A DNA stretch of 64,000 nt from an uncultured bacterium (GTDB lineage: Bacteria; Patescibacteriota; Microgenomatia; UBA1400; UBA12108). The notes beneath the pieces are model-generated. The model was not told the DNA's origin. It saw only the letters and a program-made list of their open reading frames with translations, and did no database searches. Every line of letters starts with the position of its first letter. Within the stretch, counting starts at the first letter, position 1. Location of the stretch: positions 493 to 64,492 of the forward strand of contig CAJAUT010000006.1 of NCBI GenBank assembly GCA_903945195.1. Reading direction: 5' to 3'. This document shows positions 17,092 through 26,824 of this stretch, in pieces. The translations under genes were made by a program, and so were the position numbers.

Positions 17092-17121
17092 ATAGGTTCT
17101 AACATAGTCCGTTACCGCCAA
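17092..17121. repeat. Intergenic repeat module A, copy 3
   Basis: See copy 1. Confidence 0.8.
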
Positions 17122-17205
17122 CAGAAACATCAATGTTAAATACCCAAAATATTTGTATTTGCTATAATTTCTCAGATATTACTCACAATTAAAAAGGAGT
17201 AACAA

Positions 17206-17721
17206 ATGATAATCGCGATTTGTGGTGGCTCATGTTCAGGCAAGACGACAATGGCCAGGCAGTTTAGGGATGCATGCATTTTATCAATGGACGACTTCTA
17301 CAAAGGTAAATCCGTTATGAAAGAACCCTACAATTTCGATGAGCCAGACTCTATCGATTTCAAAAAAATAGCTGACGTACTTCGAGAATTAAAAAAAGGG
17401 GTAAAGAAAATCCAAATTCCAAACTACAACATGAAGACGTCAGAGCAAGATGGTACAAAAACACTCACAAGCAATAAGTTGATCATATTTGAAGGAATAT
17501 TTTCGCTTTACACTCAAGAGCTTAGAGATTTGTGTGATTTAAAAATATATCTAGATATACCAGTAGACGAAAGATTGCGCCGTCGTATAGATAGGGACGT
17601 AGAAAAAGGTAGATCTGCCATAGAGACGATGGAGTGGAGTAAAAATGTCGAGAACATGCACACCTTACACGTAGAATCACAAAAAGATTATGCAGACATG
17701 ATCATACCTTTAAACTATTAG
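17206..17721 (+). CDS. udk: Uridine/cytidine kinase
   Basis: P-loop IAICGGSCSGKTT and RRRIDRDVEKGRS. Overall collinear with Udk. Good SD AAGGAG upstream. Confidence 0.65.
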   Translation: MIIAICGGSCSGKTTMARQFRDACILSMDDFYKGKSVMKEPYNFDEPDSIDFKKIADVLRELKKGVKKIQIPNYNMKTSEQDGTKTLTSNKLIIFEGIFSLYTQELRDLCDLKIYLDIPVDERLRRRIDRDVEKGRSAIETMEWSKNVENMHTLHVESQKDYADMIIPLNY

Positions 17722-17768
17722 TTATTTACAATATTCTGATTAAAAATATCTAGCAGTATAATATCCTC

Positions 17769-18509
17769 ATGCAATTATTTATCGACCCAGCAAACAAACA
17801 ATATTCAAAGTGTCTAGTCCTAGTAGGAGGCAGTGGAGATACGCCAGAAAATCTTAAGCCATTGATCACAAGCCTACTGACCAAAATCACCGACTCTGCG
17901 ATTTGCACTTTTAGTTTTTCTACTCACTCTGAATCAGAGAGTCTACTGGATTTACAATCTAGAGAACTAGAAGAAGTATTTAGCGAGTTAACGACAAAGT
18001 ACGATTTTAAGGAGATCAATATCTTTACTACCAGCATGGGTGCGTATGCCACCACATATTTACTTAGCAACAACAAATACTCAGACATTATCAAGCACGT
18101 CATCTTTTATGACCCAGCAGACTACTACATCTCAGCTAAATTTGCGGGTTCAAACGATGTTACCTGGTCAGGAACTGATCTTTATCGCCCAAACAAAGAA
18201 GTCGTCAGCAACAGACTCAAATTGATAAACTCTCAAACAAAAATATCTGTAGTTCATCTAACACTTCGCAACTACTCAAAATCTGGCTATATCGACAAGA
18301 AGTTTGTTGATAGGGGGATAGATCATGAAGGTGGTTATCCTAGATTAAACAAGCAAATGGTCAAACACTTTTATCACTGTATACCCGATATTAATCGAGG
18401 AGAATATATAAAAGAGACAGGCGTTCCACACGCAATTCTCAGAGACGGGGAGATCACAGCAAATCTAGATAAAGTCACCTCGACTGTCTCATCATTACTT
18501 CTTTTATAA
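17769..18509 (+). CDS. Hypothetical protein, possible alpha/beta-hydrolase fold
   Basis: Nucleophile-elbow-like TTSMGA. Weak. Confidence 0.3.
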   Translation: MQLFIDPANKQYSKCLVLVGGSGDTPENLKPLITSLLTKITDSAICTFSFSTHSESESLLDLQSRELEEVFSELTTKYDFKEINIFTTSMGAYATTYLLSNNKYSDIIKHVIFYDPADYYISAKFAGSNDVTWSGTDLYRPNKEVVSNRLKLINSQTKISVVHLTLRNYSKSGYIDKKFVDRGIDHEGGYPRLNKQMVKHFYHCIPDINRGEYIKETGVPHAILRDGEITANLDKVTSTVSSLLLL

Positions 18510-18516
18510 ACATCCC

Positions 18517-19197
18517 ATGCGCAAACACACATTGATCGGCACAAATTTTGAGTATTTTGTCCACGGTGCAAACCCATGCCTACTTTTGCACGCTGGCACC
18601 CACGGGGATGAGCATGAGGTCATAGACATCGTCACAAATGCGATTAAAAAATTCGAATCTCGCCTACCAGACTTTATTTATGTCCCACATGTCTCTCCCT
18701 CAGCAGTACTACATAAAACTCGACACAACGGCCACGGTCTAGATTCAAACCGCATCTACCTAGACGGTTCAGACATCCACGAAGTAATCTGGAATCAAGA
18801 AGTCATGATGATGTCTAGTTTCGACCTAGCTGTCTCTTTCCACGAAGATCCAGAGTACTCTACCTACTATATCTACGATGAAGGGGGGATTACAGACAAA
18901 TCAGATTTAATCCACCTCCACAATGCATTTCTCACAAAAAATGATATCGCCCTCCTTACAGGACCAGATGATATTCACGACAAAAGTATCAACCAGGCAC
19001 ATTTTGTAGATGGCTACAAAAAATTTGAATTCAAAGAAGGTATATACATGGGCGATGTACTCAACTGGGGAATGAACAAAGGCATTATCAAACACGCATT
19101 GATTCCAGAAACTCCTGGCTGCCTCAGTATTTCCGAGAAAACTTTAATTATCGACAGTTTTTTTGAGATGGTTATTCTTAAATACTTTTATCGCTGA
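18517..19197 (+). CDS. AstE/AspA (succinylglutamate desuccinylase/aspartoacylase) family, M14-like zinc deacylase/carboxypeptidase
   Basis: HAGTHGDEHE zinc-binding motif and a downstream DSNR motif. Confidence 0.5.
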   Translation: MRKHTLIGTNFEYFVHGANPCLLLHAGTHGDEHEVIDIVTNAIKKFESRLPDFIYVPHVSPSAVLHKTRHNGHGLDSNRIYLDGSDIHEVIWNQEVMMMSSFDLAVSFHEDPEYSTYYIYDEGGITDKSDLIHLHNAFLTKNDIALLTGPDDIHDKSINQAHFVDGYKKFEFKEGIYMGDVLNWGMNKGIIKHALIPETPGCLSISEKTLIIDSFFEMVILKYFYR

Positions 19198-20214
19198 GTC
19201 TACAATTTTGCCAATATAGTCTTTAAACTTGATCCCTGGTATTACCTCCTCGTTTGGATCTGTGAGACTTCCGTCTCCGTCATATACAGACGGATTAGCA
19301 TTTGTCTCAAGCATATATGGCACACCATCTTTTAGCCTCACGTCAAACCTAGCGTAACCCATAAATCCTAGTTTCTTAAATATTTCCATACTTGTCTTTT
19401 CTATGATTTCTTGTTCCGCTTTGTCTAGTTTTGCCACTACTACTTCCGAAGTCTTGTAATCTTTATGTGTCGTCTCCCACTTTGACTCATATGTCTGAAA
19501 AGCTAGGGGATTTTGATTGCTAAATATCACTTCTTCAATTGGTAGTACTCTGACATCGTCATCATCTTCTATCAGATAAACAAGCAGCTCTCTCCCGATG
19601 ATAAATTCCTCTGCGATGACTATCTGGTGGAATTTATCAATTTGTCTTTTTACGATTAGTTTTAGTTCATCACCATTTTTCGCTATCGAGTCATAAGACA
19701 GTCCAGTACTACAGTGTTCGTAAGCTGGTTTTACGATCACAGGAAAATCTAGATCCAACTGCATATCTTCTTGTTCTGTCTCAAAATATCTGCCACGCGG
19801 GGTAGGGAACCCATATTTTTGTAACTCCGTCTTTAACCTAGATTTGTCACCACTAAGTACAAACAACTCTTTACTCGCACCAGTCACGGGTATATCTAGC
19901 ATCTTGAAACAATCAAAAGCTTTCTCACTCAAATATATGTCATGCCCACTCCACTCTATCAAATTAAATATCACATCTGCCTTGATATTTAAAATAGCTT
20001 CAATATTATCTTCTTGAATTACATAGATGCTAGGAGTCATCCCATTTGCAGCTAGCCCTAGTACCACCTTTTCTGCAATTACTCTAGAGTCTTCATCCGT
20101 TTCGCCATATTGGGTAGCTAGTATTCTTTTTGAAGGTAGACTATACACAACCGCAATATTCATGATCTTCAGTATATAATATCTCTCATGAACGTCCACA
20201 AAGTCACTAGACAA
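19144..20214 (-). CDS. Divergent D-Ala-D-Ala-ligase-like ATP-grasp ligase (paralog 3)
   Basis: MLDIPVTGAS (Ddl-like) and ARFDVRLKDGVPYMLETNANP (ATP-grasp C-domain). Confidence 0.55.
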   Translation of the reverse strand: MSSDFVDVHERYYILKIMNIAVVYSLPSKRILATQYGETDEDSRVIAEKVVLGLAANGMTPSIYVIQEDNIEAILNIKADVIFNLIEWSGHDIYLSEKAFDCFKMLDIPVTGASKELFVLSGDKSRLKTELQKYGFPTPRGRYFETEQEDMQLDLDFPVIVKPAYEHCSTGLSYDSIAKNGDELKLIVKRQIDKFHQIVIAEEFIIGRELLVYLIEDDDDVRVLPIEEVIFSNQNPLAFQTYESKWETTHKDYKTSEVVVAKLDKAEQEIIEKTSMEIFKKLGFMGYARFDVRLKDGVPYMLETNANPSVYDGDGSLTDPNEEVIPGIKFKDYIGKIVDSAIKVFKNNHLKKTVDN

Positions 20215-20496
20215 GTCAAAAAGGTCTCAGATATCTACGCCAAAAAGTTTGGGATACGTCGCGATAGCAACTGGTACATCCTCAAACTCCAGGAAGAAAT
20301 GGGAGAGCTCATCCAAAGTTACCTCATGATGACAGGCAGAGGTCGTCAAAAAGACAAAACCAAAGAACAGATCGTTGAAGATTTTCACAAAGAGATGGCT
20401 GATGTTTTTTGCCATGTCTTACTCCTGGCCAAGCATCACAAAATAAACCTAGAAAAAGAAGTAGAAGAAAAGTGGTTGGTCTGGGACAAAGACTAA
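20188..20496 (+). CDS. MazG-like nucleotide pyrophosphohydrolase (small)
   Basis: EEMGEL motif in a ~100-aa all-alpha protein. Confidence 0.45.
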   Translation: MNVHKVTRQVKKVSDIYAKKFGIRRDSNWYILKLQEEMGELIQSYLMMTGRGRQKDKTKEQIVEDFHKEMADVFCHVLLLAKHHKINLEKEVEEKWLVWDKD

Positions 20497-20534
20497 AACT
20501 GTACGCCGTAAGCCGTTTGCTGTAAGCTATATAA

Positions 20535-21137
20535 ATGAAGTCTTTTCTAAAGGTTCTATTGTGGTTCCCGCTTACTCTCATCACGCTAGTATTATCTATT
20601 ACTACCTACTCTCATATCTCCCTAACTCGTGGTATCCATGGTCTCATCCGCCAAGAAGTCACAGACTTCAAATCTCAAGGAGTCACTTTTGCAGCCCTAC
20701 CTAGAGTAGCTTTCGAGATCAGAACAGCTTTAGCTAAAGAAGATGCCAGACCTCTACTGATCAACAAATACTTCGCTCATTATGACTCACCCATGGCAGG
20801 GATGGGGGATTACATCGTCAAAGTCTCAGATAGATTCAATCTAGATCCCTATCTCGTAGTTGCCATCGCCCAACAAGAATCCAATCTAGGCAAACTTATG
20901 CCACCAGATTGTCACAATGCCTGGGGTTGGGGCATCCACTCTGCAGGCACACTCTGCTTCGACAGTTGGAACGAAGGAATCAATACTTTTGTCTCAGGTC
21001 TAGCTGAAAAATATGTCGCCTACGGCCTCAAAACTCCAGATGAGATCATGACCAAATACAATCCTACTTCCCCTGGTGGAGCCTGGGCCAAGGGAGTAAA
21101 CCAATTCCTGGAAGAACTCAGGACAGGATCTTGGTAA
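20535..21137 (+). CDS. Secreted/membrane-anchored GH73 (glucosaminidase)-like peptidoglycan hydrolase
   Basis: N-terminal TM/signal. AIAQQESNLG...HNAWGWGI resembles the glucosaminidase-domain motifs ALAQAALESGWG / NNLFGIK. Confidence 0.4.
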   Translation: MKSFLKVLLWFPLTLITLVLSITTYSHISLTRGIHGLIRQEVTDFKSQGVTFAALPRVAFEIRTALAKEDARPLLINKYFAHYDSPMAGMGDYIVKVSDRFNLDPYLVVAIAQQESNLGKLMPPDCHNAWGWGIHSAGTLCFDSWNEGINTFVSGLAEKYVAYGLKTPDEIMTKYNPTSPGGAWAKGVNQFLEELRTGSW

Positions 21138-21195
21138 CTCCAGAGTAAATCTCACGTATTGACAATCCCATAGTCTGTGGTAATATCCGCAGACT

Positions 21196-21687
21196 ATGAA
21201 TAAAACATTGGTCCTAGTGATCTGTACCTTAATCCTACTTATATCTGGTACAAAAAAAGTTTCAGCAGTTGAACACGATCTACGTGCTGAGCAAATGCGC
21301 GTTGTACTTTCAAAATACAACTCACCCATGGTAGGCCTAGAAGATGTACTTATCAGTACTGCCGAAAAATATGGTCTAGACTGGACTCTCATGGCCGCTA
21401 TTGCTGGCACCGAATCTAGCTTTGCCAAACGCATGCCTTACCAGTGCAACAACCCTTATGGTTGGGGTATCTACGGCAACAACAAGCTATGCTTTAAATC
21501 CCTAGAAGATTCCATAGAAGGCGTGGCTTCTGGCCTAGCCAAGAAGTACAATATTAGCTCTATCGAGTCTATCGCTCACACCTACAACACTGTCTCTACA
21601 GATGGCTGGATTATGCACACCAAGTTTTTCATGAATAAGATCAAAAATGCAGAAGTACCTGTATCTGCTCTCCCAATTGAGTTATAA
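21196..21687 (+). CDS. Secreted GH73-like peptidoglycan hydrolase (paralog of the upstream gene)
   Basis: Signal peptide. AIAGTESSF...NNPYGWGI. Confidence 0.4.
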   Translation: MNKTLVLVICTLILLISGTKKVSAVEHDLRAEQMRVVLSKYNSPMVGLEDVLISTAEKYGLDWTLMAAIAGTESSFAKRMPYQCNNPYGWGIYGNNKLCFKSLEDSIEGVASGLAKKYNISSIESIAHTYNTVSTDGWIMHTKFFMNKIKNAEVPVSALPIEL

Positions 21688-21700
21688 TCTCCACTAAGTA

Positions 21701-21928
21701 GCCGAGGTGGCCCGCCTGCAACGCTTGTGCGTAAGCACTGCGGGCAGGTGAAATGGTATATACACAAGTTAATAAGCAAATCATACTTGAAAGGGTATAA
21801 TCTTTCTTGTATTAGCCGAGGTGGCCCGCCTGCAACGCTTGTGCGTAAGCACTGCGGGCAGGTGAAATGGTATATACACAAGTTAATAAGCAAATCATAC
21901 TTGAAAGGGTATAATCTTTCTTGTATTA
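21701..21928 (+). repeat. Two tandem 114-bp units (21701-21814, 21815-21928). Each is tRNA-Leu nt 1-10 (GCCGAGGTGG), a 38-bp hairpin (CCCGCCTGCAACGCTTGTGCGTAAGCACTGCGGGCAGG), tRNA nt 11-20 (TGAAATGGTA), then spacer carrying GGGTATAAT.
   Basis: Units are identical. Immediately 5' of the intact tRNA-Leu(TAG). Same architecture as the 2991-3336 array but the hairpin is in the opposite orientation relative to the tRNA. Confidence 0.9.
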
Positions 21929-22012
21929 GCCGAGGTGGTGAAATGGTAGACACGCACGCTTTAGGAGCGTGTGCTTTACGGCATGGAGGTTCAAGTCCTC
22001 TCCTCGGCACCA
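21929..22012 (+). tRNA. tRNA-Leu (anticodon TAG), with encoded CCA
   Basis: GCCGAGGTGGTGAAATGGTAGACACGCACGCTTTAGGAGCGTGTGCTTTACGGCATGGAGGTTCAAGTCCTCTCCTCGGCACCA. Anticodon loop TTTAGGA. Confidence 0.8.
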
Positions 22013-22482
22013 TACAGAACTTTTTAAATAGCTTTTCAAATTATCCCGATTTGACGAGCTATTTTCGGGTTCAAGCGGTCCACTTTTATCATTACTCTCT
22101 TTTGCACCCTTCTTTAACTTCAAAAAGATAAATCTAGGCTGATACTCCAGTTTTTGATCTAGTAAGATCGGGTTCAAGCCGATTGCCTTGAAAATGACTT
22201 TTTTGTCCTCTGAGTCACCGTTTTCAAACCTTTGATTTGCCAGTAGCGCAAACTCAAATGAGTCCTTTGCGATATCCGCCCAATCAGATCCATTCTTGTT
22301 AGCGTGCGTTAACTGTTGAGTAATATTATCTTTCTCTATCATCAGCTCCCGCTTTCTATCCGCAAACTCAGTATCAGACAGTAAACTCCCATCATTCTCT
22401 GGAGAAATCTTGAGTGCTATCAGATTATCAATCCTGCGGTTTACCCCGTCTAAAGCGGTCTGGAGAGCCTCTGATTGGATAA
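22013..22482 (-). pseudogene. Remnant (C-terminal ~150 aa only) of a large serine recombinase. Its 3' end abuts and reads into tRNA-Leu(TAG).
   Basis: Translation ...SDTEFADRKRELMIEKDN...SFEFALLANQRFENGDSEDKKVIFKAIG parallels the C-terminal tail of the 8509-10098 recombinase (...EMEFALTASQKFKKADDMGKGRVVRDLG). An in-frame stop sits upstream at ~22483 and there is no catalytic domain. Confidence 0.45.
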
Positions 22483-22508
22483 TCTATAAAAACAGTTAGC
22501 TTAAGAGT

Positions 22509-23288
22509 CTATTCTTGATCAGAAGAAATAATCTCAGTCAACGGTAAATTCTCAATCATTTTTTTAATTTGAGTATCGTCTACTTGCCGAGAATAAAAAA
22601 TTTGACGCATTTCTTGCTCTTTTTGCGTACCGATAATTGACCAATTATTAAGGATGTTGGCTTTATTGATCGTGTGTCTGATTTCTTTTTGTTTAATATA
22701 CTTTATGATTTCAGCCAAATCAATTTTGTAAGAATTAAGGATGAGATAGAGGTCATAAAAATCCCTGTATCTGGCCCGATCATTTGTGGCTCGAATCTTC
22801 TCAGCACATATTTCTTTAATATCCATCACGTTTACTTCAAAATCTAAACCCCAAACATTAGTGTATTTCATCTTTTGAGGTGGAAGTAAAACATTTTGCA
22901 AGAAATCTATTTCAACCTTGAGTGAATTAGGCTGTAGGAGCGGGCCAGTATATTGGAGTTTTTCTAATTTAATGGTTGCGTTTGATAAAAAATCCTTCTT
23001 GATTGCCAAGAAATCAATCCCGGTAAACATTCCCCGTACAACCTCGAGAGTTAGATTGGTTTTGTTTGACGAAAAATCCAAATCTTCGGAAAAACGATAT
23101 TGGCTGAGATAACAATGATGTAGTGCCGTACCACCCTTAAAGATTAAGGTTTTCCCCAAAGTAGATTTTGAGATAATCTGCATTACAATTGCTAAAAAGT
23201 AGTCCTTTTCAGCGATATGAAGAGGATAATGTAGTGTCTTCCTACTGATTATTTCCAATTGTTTGCGCGTAATCAGAGGTGAGGTCAT
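22509..23288 (-). CDS. AbiEii/AbiGii-family nucleotidyltransferase toxin (type IV TA / abortive infection)
   Basis: FKGGTAL...RFSEDLDF motif characteristic of the DUF1814/AbiEii nucleotidyltransferases. Confidence 0.6.
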   Translation of the reverse strand: MTSPLITRKQLEIISRKTLHYPLHIAEKDYFLAIVMQIISKSTLGKTLIFKGGTALHHCYLSQYRFSEDLDFSSNKTNLTLEVVRGMFTGIDFLAIKKDFLSNATIKLEKLQYTGPLLQPNSLKVEIDFLQNVLLPPQKMKYTNVWGLDFEVNVMDIKEICAEKIRATNDRARYRDFYDLYLILNSYKIDLAEIIKYIKQKEIRHTINKANILNNWSIIGTQKEQEMRQIFYSRQVDDTQIKKMIENLPLTEIISSDQE

Positions 23289-24073
23289 TTTGATTGGTAT
23301 TTTTCAAAATAAGGATTGTAGTATAGGCGCCATTTTGCATTAAACTTCGTGTCCCCTGGAATCATCCAATGAGTTCCACTTTTACTCTTCACAGTCTCAT
23401 ATAGCGTTTTCGAGTCAAACCCAATTAGATCAAACAATAATCCAAAAATTTTAATTGTGGTTAGTGAAAACCTAGCAATATATTCATTAAGTAGATCGAT
23501 ATTTAAATCTTTTTTGTGTTCTAGTAGTTTTTCGATAACCAAGTCAATTGAATATTGGCTCTTATGAAAATTTACTATATCTATTAAAGCCTTTTCCGGA
23601 GTAGCGATACGGGTAAGGTGACCATCTATACTTATTTCTTTCCAACCAAAGTAATAATCGGCTTTTGTTTTGATAAAGGAATATTCAACGGAGTGCAAAA
23701 CAACTGACTTATATTTTTTTAACGAAACAGAAACTGTTTTGTCTGTTAGCTGGTCAAACATACCGTACTGCTGTAAGGCAGACTCAAATGAAACATAGGA
23801 CTCAGAAACCAATAAATTGGCTACTGTTGAGGGGGTTAATGATAGTGACCCTCTGGTACTTAAGTCAGAAATGGCATAGAGACTACGTTTAATTCTAATA
23901 AGCCAGCCATTTTTGACTAGTTTGGTAATCAAGTTTTTAGCCTGCTTGTAATCCCAGTTCACCTTAGCTTCATCGTAAATTTGGTCAAATGTAACAATCT
24001 GGCTATGTTTTACGATCAAATTCTCGAGTAACTCGCTCTGCTTGGCTGAAAGAATAGTTTGTTTTGTAGTCAT
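23285..24073 (-). CDS. AbiEi-family antitoxin/transcriptional regulator
   Basis: Upstream partner with a 4-bp overlap. Winged-helix-like N-terminus. Size typical of AbiEi. Confidence 0.5.
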   Translation of the reverse strand: MTTKQTILSAKQSELLENLIVKHSQIVTFDQIYDEAKVNWDYKQAKNLITKLVKNGWLIRIKRSLYAISDLSTRGSLSLTPSTVANLLVSESYVSFESALQQYGMFDQLTDKTVSVSLKKYKSVVLHSVEYSFIKTKADYYFGWKEISIDGHLTRIATPEKALIDIVNFHKSQYSIDLVIEKLLEHKKDLNIDLLNEYIARFSLTTIKIFGLLFDLIGFDSKTLYETVKSKSGTHWMIPGDTKFNAKWRLYYNPYFEKYQSK

Positions 24074-24209
24074 ATAGTCATTAGTATGTGTGACTTAATA
24101 TATACAGACTAAACCAATATTTAGCACCTGTCAAGGGGTTAGGGAAGAAAACACCTAAACTATAACCAACTAGCACACATCTTTAAAAAAGATCTGTTAA
24201 ATTACCACC

Positions 24210-24461
24210 ATGTTAAAGCGTAAAACAACATACGAGCAGATTGGCCAGAACTTGCGAACAATCAGACAACAAATGGGATTTATGCAAGTTGATGTAGCTG
24301 TAGCCGCTGATTTAAACAGAACATATGTCAGTAGAATTGAAACGGGCAAAGCTAGGATTACATTTAACCTGATCGTGAAATTAGTGCATGGTCTAGAAAT
24401 ATCCTCAAATGAATTACTTTTTTGGAAAGGAGATGAAACTGATCATGCGAAAATATCTTAA
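24210..24461 (+). CDS. XRE-family HTH transcriptional regulator
   Basis: QVDVAVAADLNRTYVSRIETGK helix-turn-helix. Confidence 0.5.
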   Translation: MLKRKTTYEQIGQNLRTIRQQMGFMQVDVAVAADLNRTYVSRIETGKARITFNLIVKLVHGLEISSNELLFWKGDETDHAKIS

Positions 24462-24684
24462 ATGGGTTGATGCACCAATTTGGGTGAAAATTGGTAGGAA
24501 CATAAGAGACTGTCGAAAATGGAAGGACTTATCTGCAGAACAAGTTGCACTTAGGTCAAAAATTGATTTAAGACGGTACAAAAGAATGGAGAGAGGTGTT
24601 ACAAAAGACATAAACTTCGATGAGACACATCGAATTGCGTTAGCCATAAAAGTTGACGAAGAAGATATTGATCATCATCATTAA
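24409..24684 (+). CDS. Second small HTH-like regulator (overlaps the first)
   Basis: LSAEQVALRSKIDLRRYKRMERG, weak HTH. Confidence 0.3.
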   Translation: MNYFFGKEMKLIMRKYLKWVDAPIWVKIGRNIRDCRKWKDLSAEQVALRSKIDLRRYKRMERGVTKDINFDETHRIALAIKVDEEDIDHHH

Positions 24685-25159
24685 ATTAACACTATCGAAT
24701 ACCTAAAAGATAAACAATATAAAATCTTCTATGCCCAGGGCAAATGGAAGTACCTGCCGGAAATAGTATGGAGGATTCCAGTATTCAGGTATATAAAACG
24801 GTGCAAATATTGCAAACGGCAGCAGTAGTAATCCTCCTAACAGCATTTCCCGTCGTAGATCCTTTCGTGCAATATAGATACAGACAAACGGTATTCCCAG
24901 AATCAGACTACCAATTAAATATCCGCTTTCAATTCCAAATGTCATATAAAAAGTATACAAACAATATTCACAATTGACAAAGCCGAACAAAGAACAATAA
25001 AACAAACCCCCGATGGCACCAATATAATCTATTGCCTATACACGAACGGACTTTCGATAATTACCTCGTTCTGGCTTTTCTCCGAGTCAGTGAGAAAATG
25101 AGAAGACAAGGTCTTTTCATCGTGTAGAGGGGTTGTAATCGAGTTTAGGTTGATTGATA

Positions 25160-25232
25160 ACATCCATTAACCTGATAAAATGCACTAGGTAATTGTCGGA
25201 GAGTGGTTCAAAATAAAAATCGTCCTCCGCAC
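25160..25232. repeat. ~75-bp direct repeat (copy 1), with CCTGATAAAATG and GGTTCAAAATAAAAATCGTCCTC. Copy 2 at 26885-26960 flanks the other side of the DUF4143 ATPase gene.
   Basis: Alignment of the two regions read directly. The 28-bp core is identical except for 1 nt. Confidence 0.6.
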
Positions 25233-25336
25233 TAGAAGAGATAGCAAAATATCAGCAAAGAAAATATTTCTGTGCCTGGTAGACAATATGCAAATACAAT
25301 AATTTTGATATTTTGTTACAAAATTATTGACCAGGA

Positions 25337-25362
25337 GGACAGGACTTGAACCATTTTATTTC
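25337..25362 (-). other. Orphan tRNA-Leu-like 3' fragment (GGTTCAAGTCCTGTCCTCCTGG), a likely att-site or decayed-integration scar
   Basis: Matches the T-arm and 3' acceptor of the tRNA-Leu genes (GGTTCAAGTCCTCTCCTCGGCA) but there is no 5' half. Confidence 0.35.
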
Positions 25363-25648
25363 CTAGCCCTATACCAGAATCAACTATGGGTCAAGACGTG
25401 ACAAAAATTCATTTATCAATTACAGAAGCTAGAGAAATACTTGGTGAAATCGCCGTCAGCATGTCAGATAATGAAATAGAAATACAACTTGAAAATTTGA
25501 AGTATTTAGCAGAATCCTGGATTGATAATTTCGAAAAATCAAATTTCTGACAAAATAGCTAACGAAAATAGATTGTGTAATATTGCAGTACGATTGCAAA
25601 ATTGCACAGAAAGTGTATTATTAACTTAATATATAAAGCTATAAAAAT

Positions 25649-26824
25649 ATGTATATTAATAGAGCAATCAAACAACAAGTTTTAGAATTAAAAAAAGGTT
25701 TTCCTGTTGTGGTTATTACCGGCCCAAGACAATCAGGAAAAACTACATTTTTACAACACAATTTTCCAAAAAATAAATACTTTAACTTGGAAGATCCAAT
25801 AACTTTACAAATTATTAAGGACGATCCTGTAACTTTTTTCAGAGACAATCCTAAAGATATAATTATTGACGAAGTACAAAGATTCCCAGAGCTTTTGTCT
25901 CATATTCAAGTTTTGGTTGATAAAAGACAGGAAATGGGTAGTATTCTACTCAGCGGATCACAAAACCTATTACTTTCAGAAAAAGTTTCGCAAACCCTTG
26001 CAGGAAGAGCAGCGTATCAAACAGTATTACCTCTAAGTTTTGATGAACTAGCAAAATCTAAATTTCTCATCAAAAATAGATTTAATCAGATCTTAAAAGG
26101 TGGATATCCTAGTATATACACCCGGGATGTGTCACCAAAAACATATTTTAAACAATATATAGCTACATACACAGAAAGAGACATTAGACAGATCAGAAAT
26201 GTTAGTGAATTATCCCAATTTCAAAAATTTATGATTTTACTTGCAGGGAGAGTAGGACAACTCCTTAACGTTTCTTCTCTAGCTACTGATGCAGGAATTT
26301 CTCCAAACACAGCAGAAGACTGGATTTCTATTTTGGAAGCAAGTTATGTGGTCTATAGATTACAACCATATTTTAAAAATGTAGGTAAAAGGTTAATAAA
26401 ATCACCAAAACTCTATTTTTACGATACAGGCTTATTGACTACTTTACTTAATATTCATGACAAAAAGATACTTCAATCTCACTATCTAATAGGTAATATC
26501 TTTGAAAACTTTATAGTTTCTGAATTTGTTAAAGAAATTAATAATAATGAAATTTCTGCACAACTGTATTTTTTCAGAGACAATCATGGCAACGAAGTAG
26601 ACCTAATAATCGACAGTGGAAGTACACAATTACCTGTAGAAATAAAATCATCCGCAAGTTACAGTCCTGAATTTTCAAAAGGTCTAAATTATTGGAACGA
26701 GATAGTCAAAGGAATTACCGGATATATAATCTATGGTGGAAGTGAAAAGATTACAATTAAGGACAAAATAATCTTGCCATGGACAGATTTTGCAAAAGTA
26801 TTTAAAAACATATCCAATAAATAG
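25649..26824 (+). CDS. DUF4143-family AAA+ ATPase
   Basis: Walker A GPRQSGKTT, Walker B IIIDEVQ and a C-terminal DUF4143-like region. Confidence 0.65.
   Translation: MYINRAIKQQVLELKKGFPVVVITGPRQSGKTTFLQHNFPKNKYFNLEDPITLQIIKDDPVTFFRDNPKDIIIDEVQRFPELLSHIQVLVDKRQEMGSILLSGSQNLLLSEKVSQTLAGRAAYQTVLPLSFDELAKSKFLIKNRFNQILKGGYPSIYTRDVSPKTYFKQYIATYTERDIRQIRNVSELSQFQKFMILLAGRVGQLLNVSSLATDAGISPNTAEDWISILEASYVVYRLQPYFKNVGKRLIKSPKLYFYDTGLLTTLLNIHDKKILQSHYLIGNIFENFIVSEFVKEINNNEISAQLYFFRDNHGNEVDLIIDSGSTQLPVEIKSSASYSPEFSKGLNYWNEIVKGITGYIIYGGSEKITIKDKIILPWTDFAKVFKNISNK

Noticed and set aside
21582-22131. ORFs 21582-22013(-) and 21727-22131(+) across the second array and tRNA-Leu(TAG)
   Set aside because: Same reasoning: repeat- and tRNA-derived, internally duplicated amino-acid strings, no coding signal.
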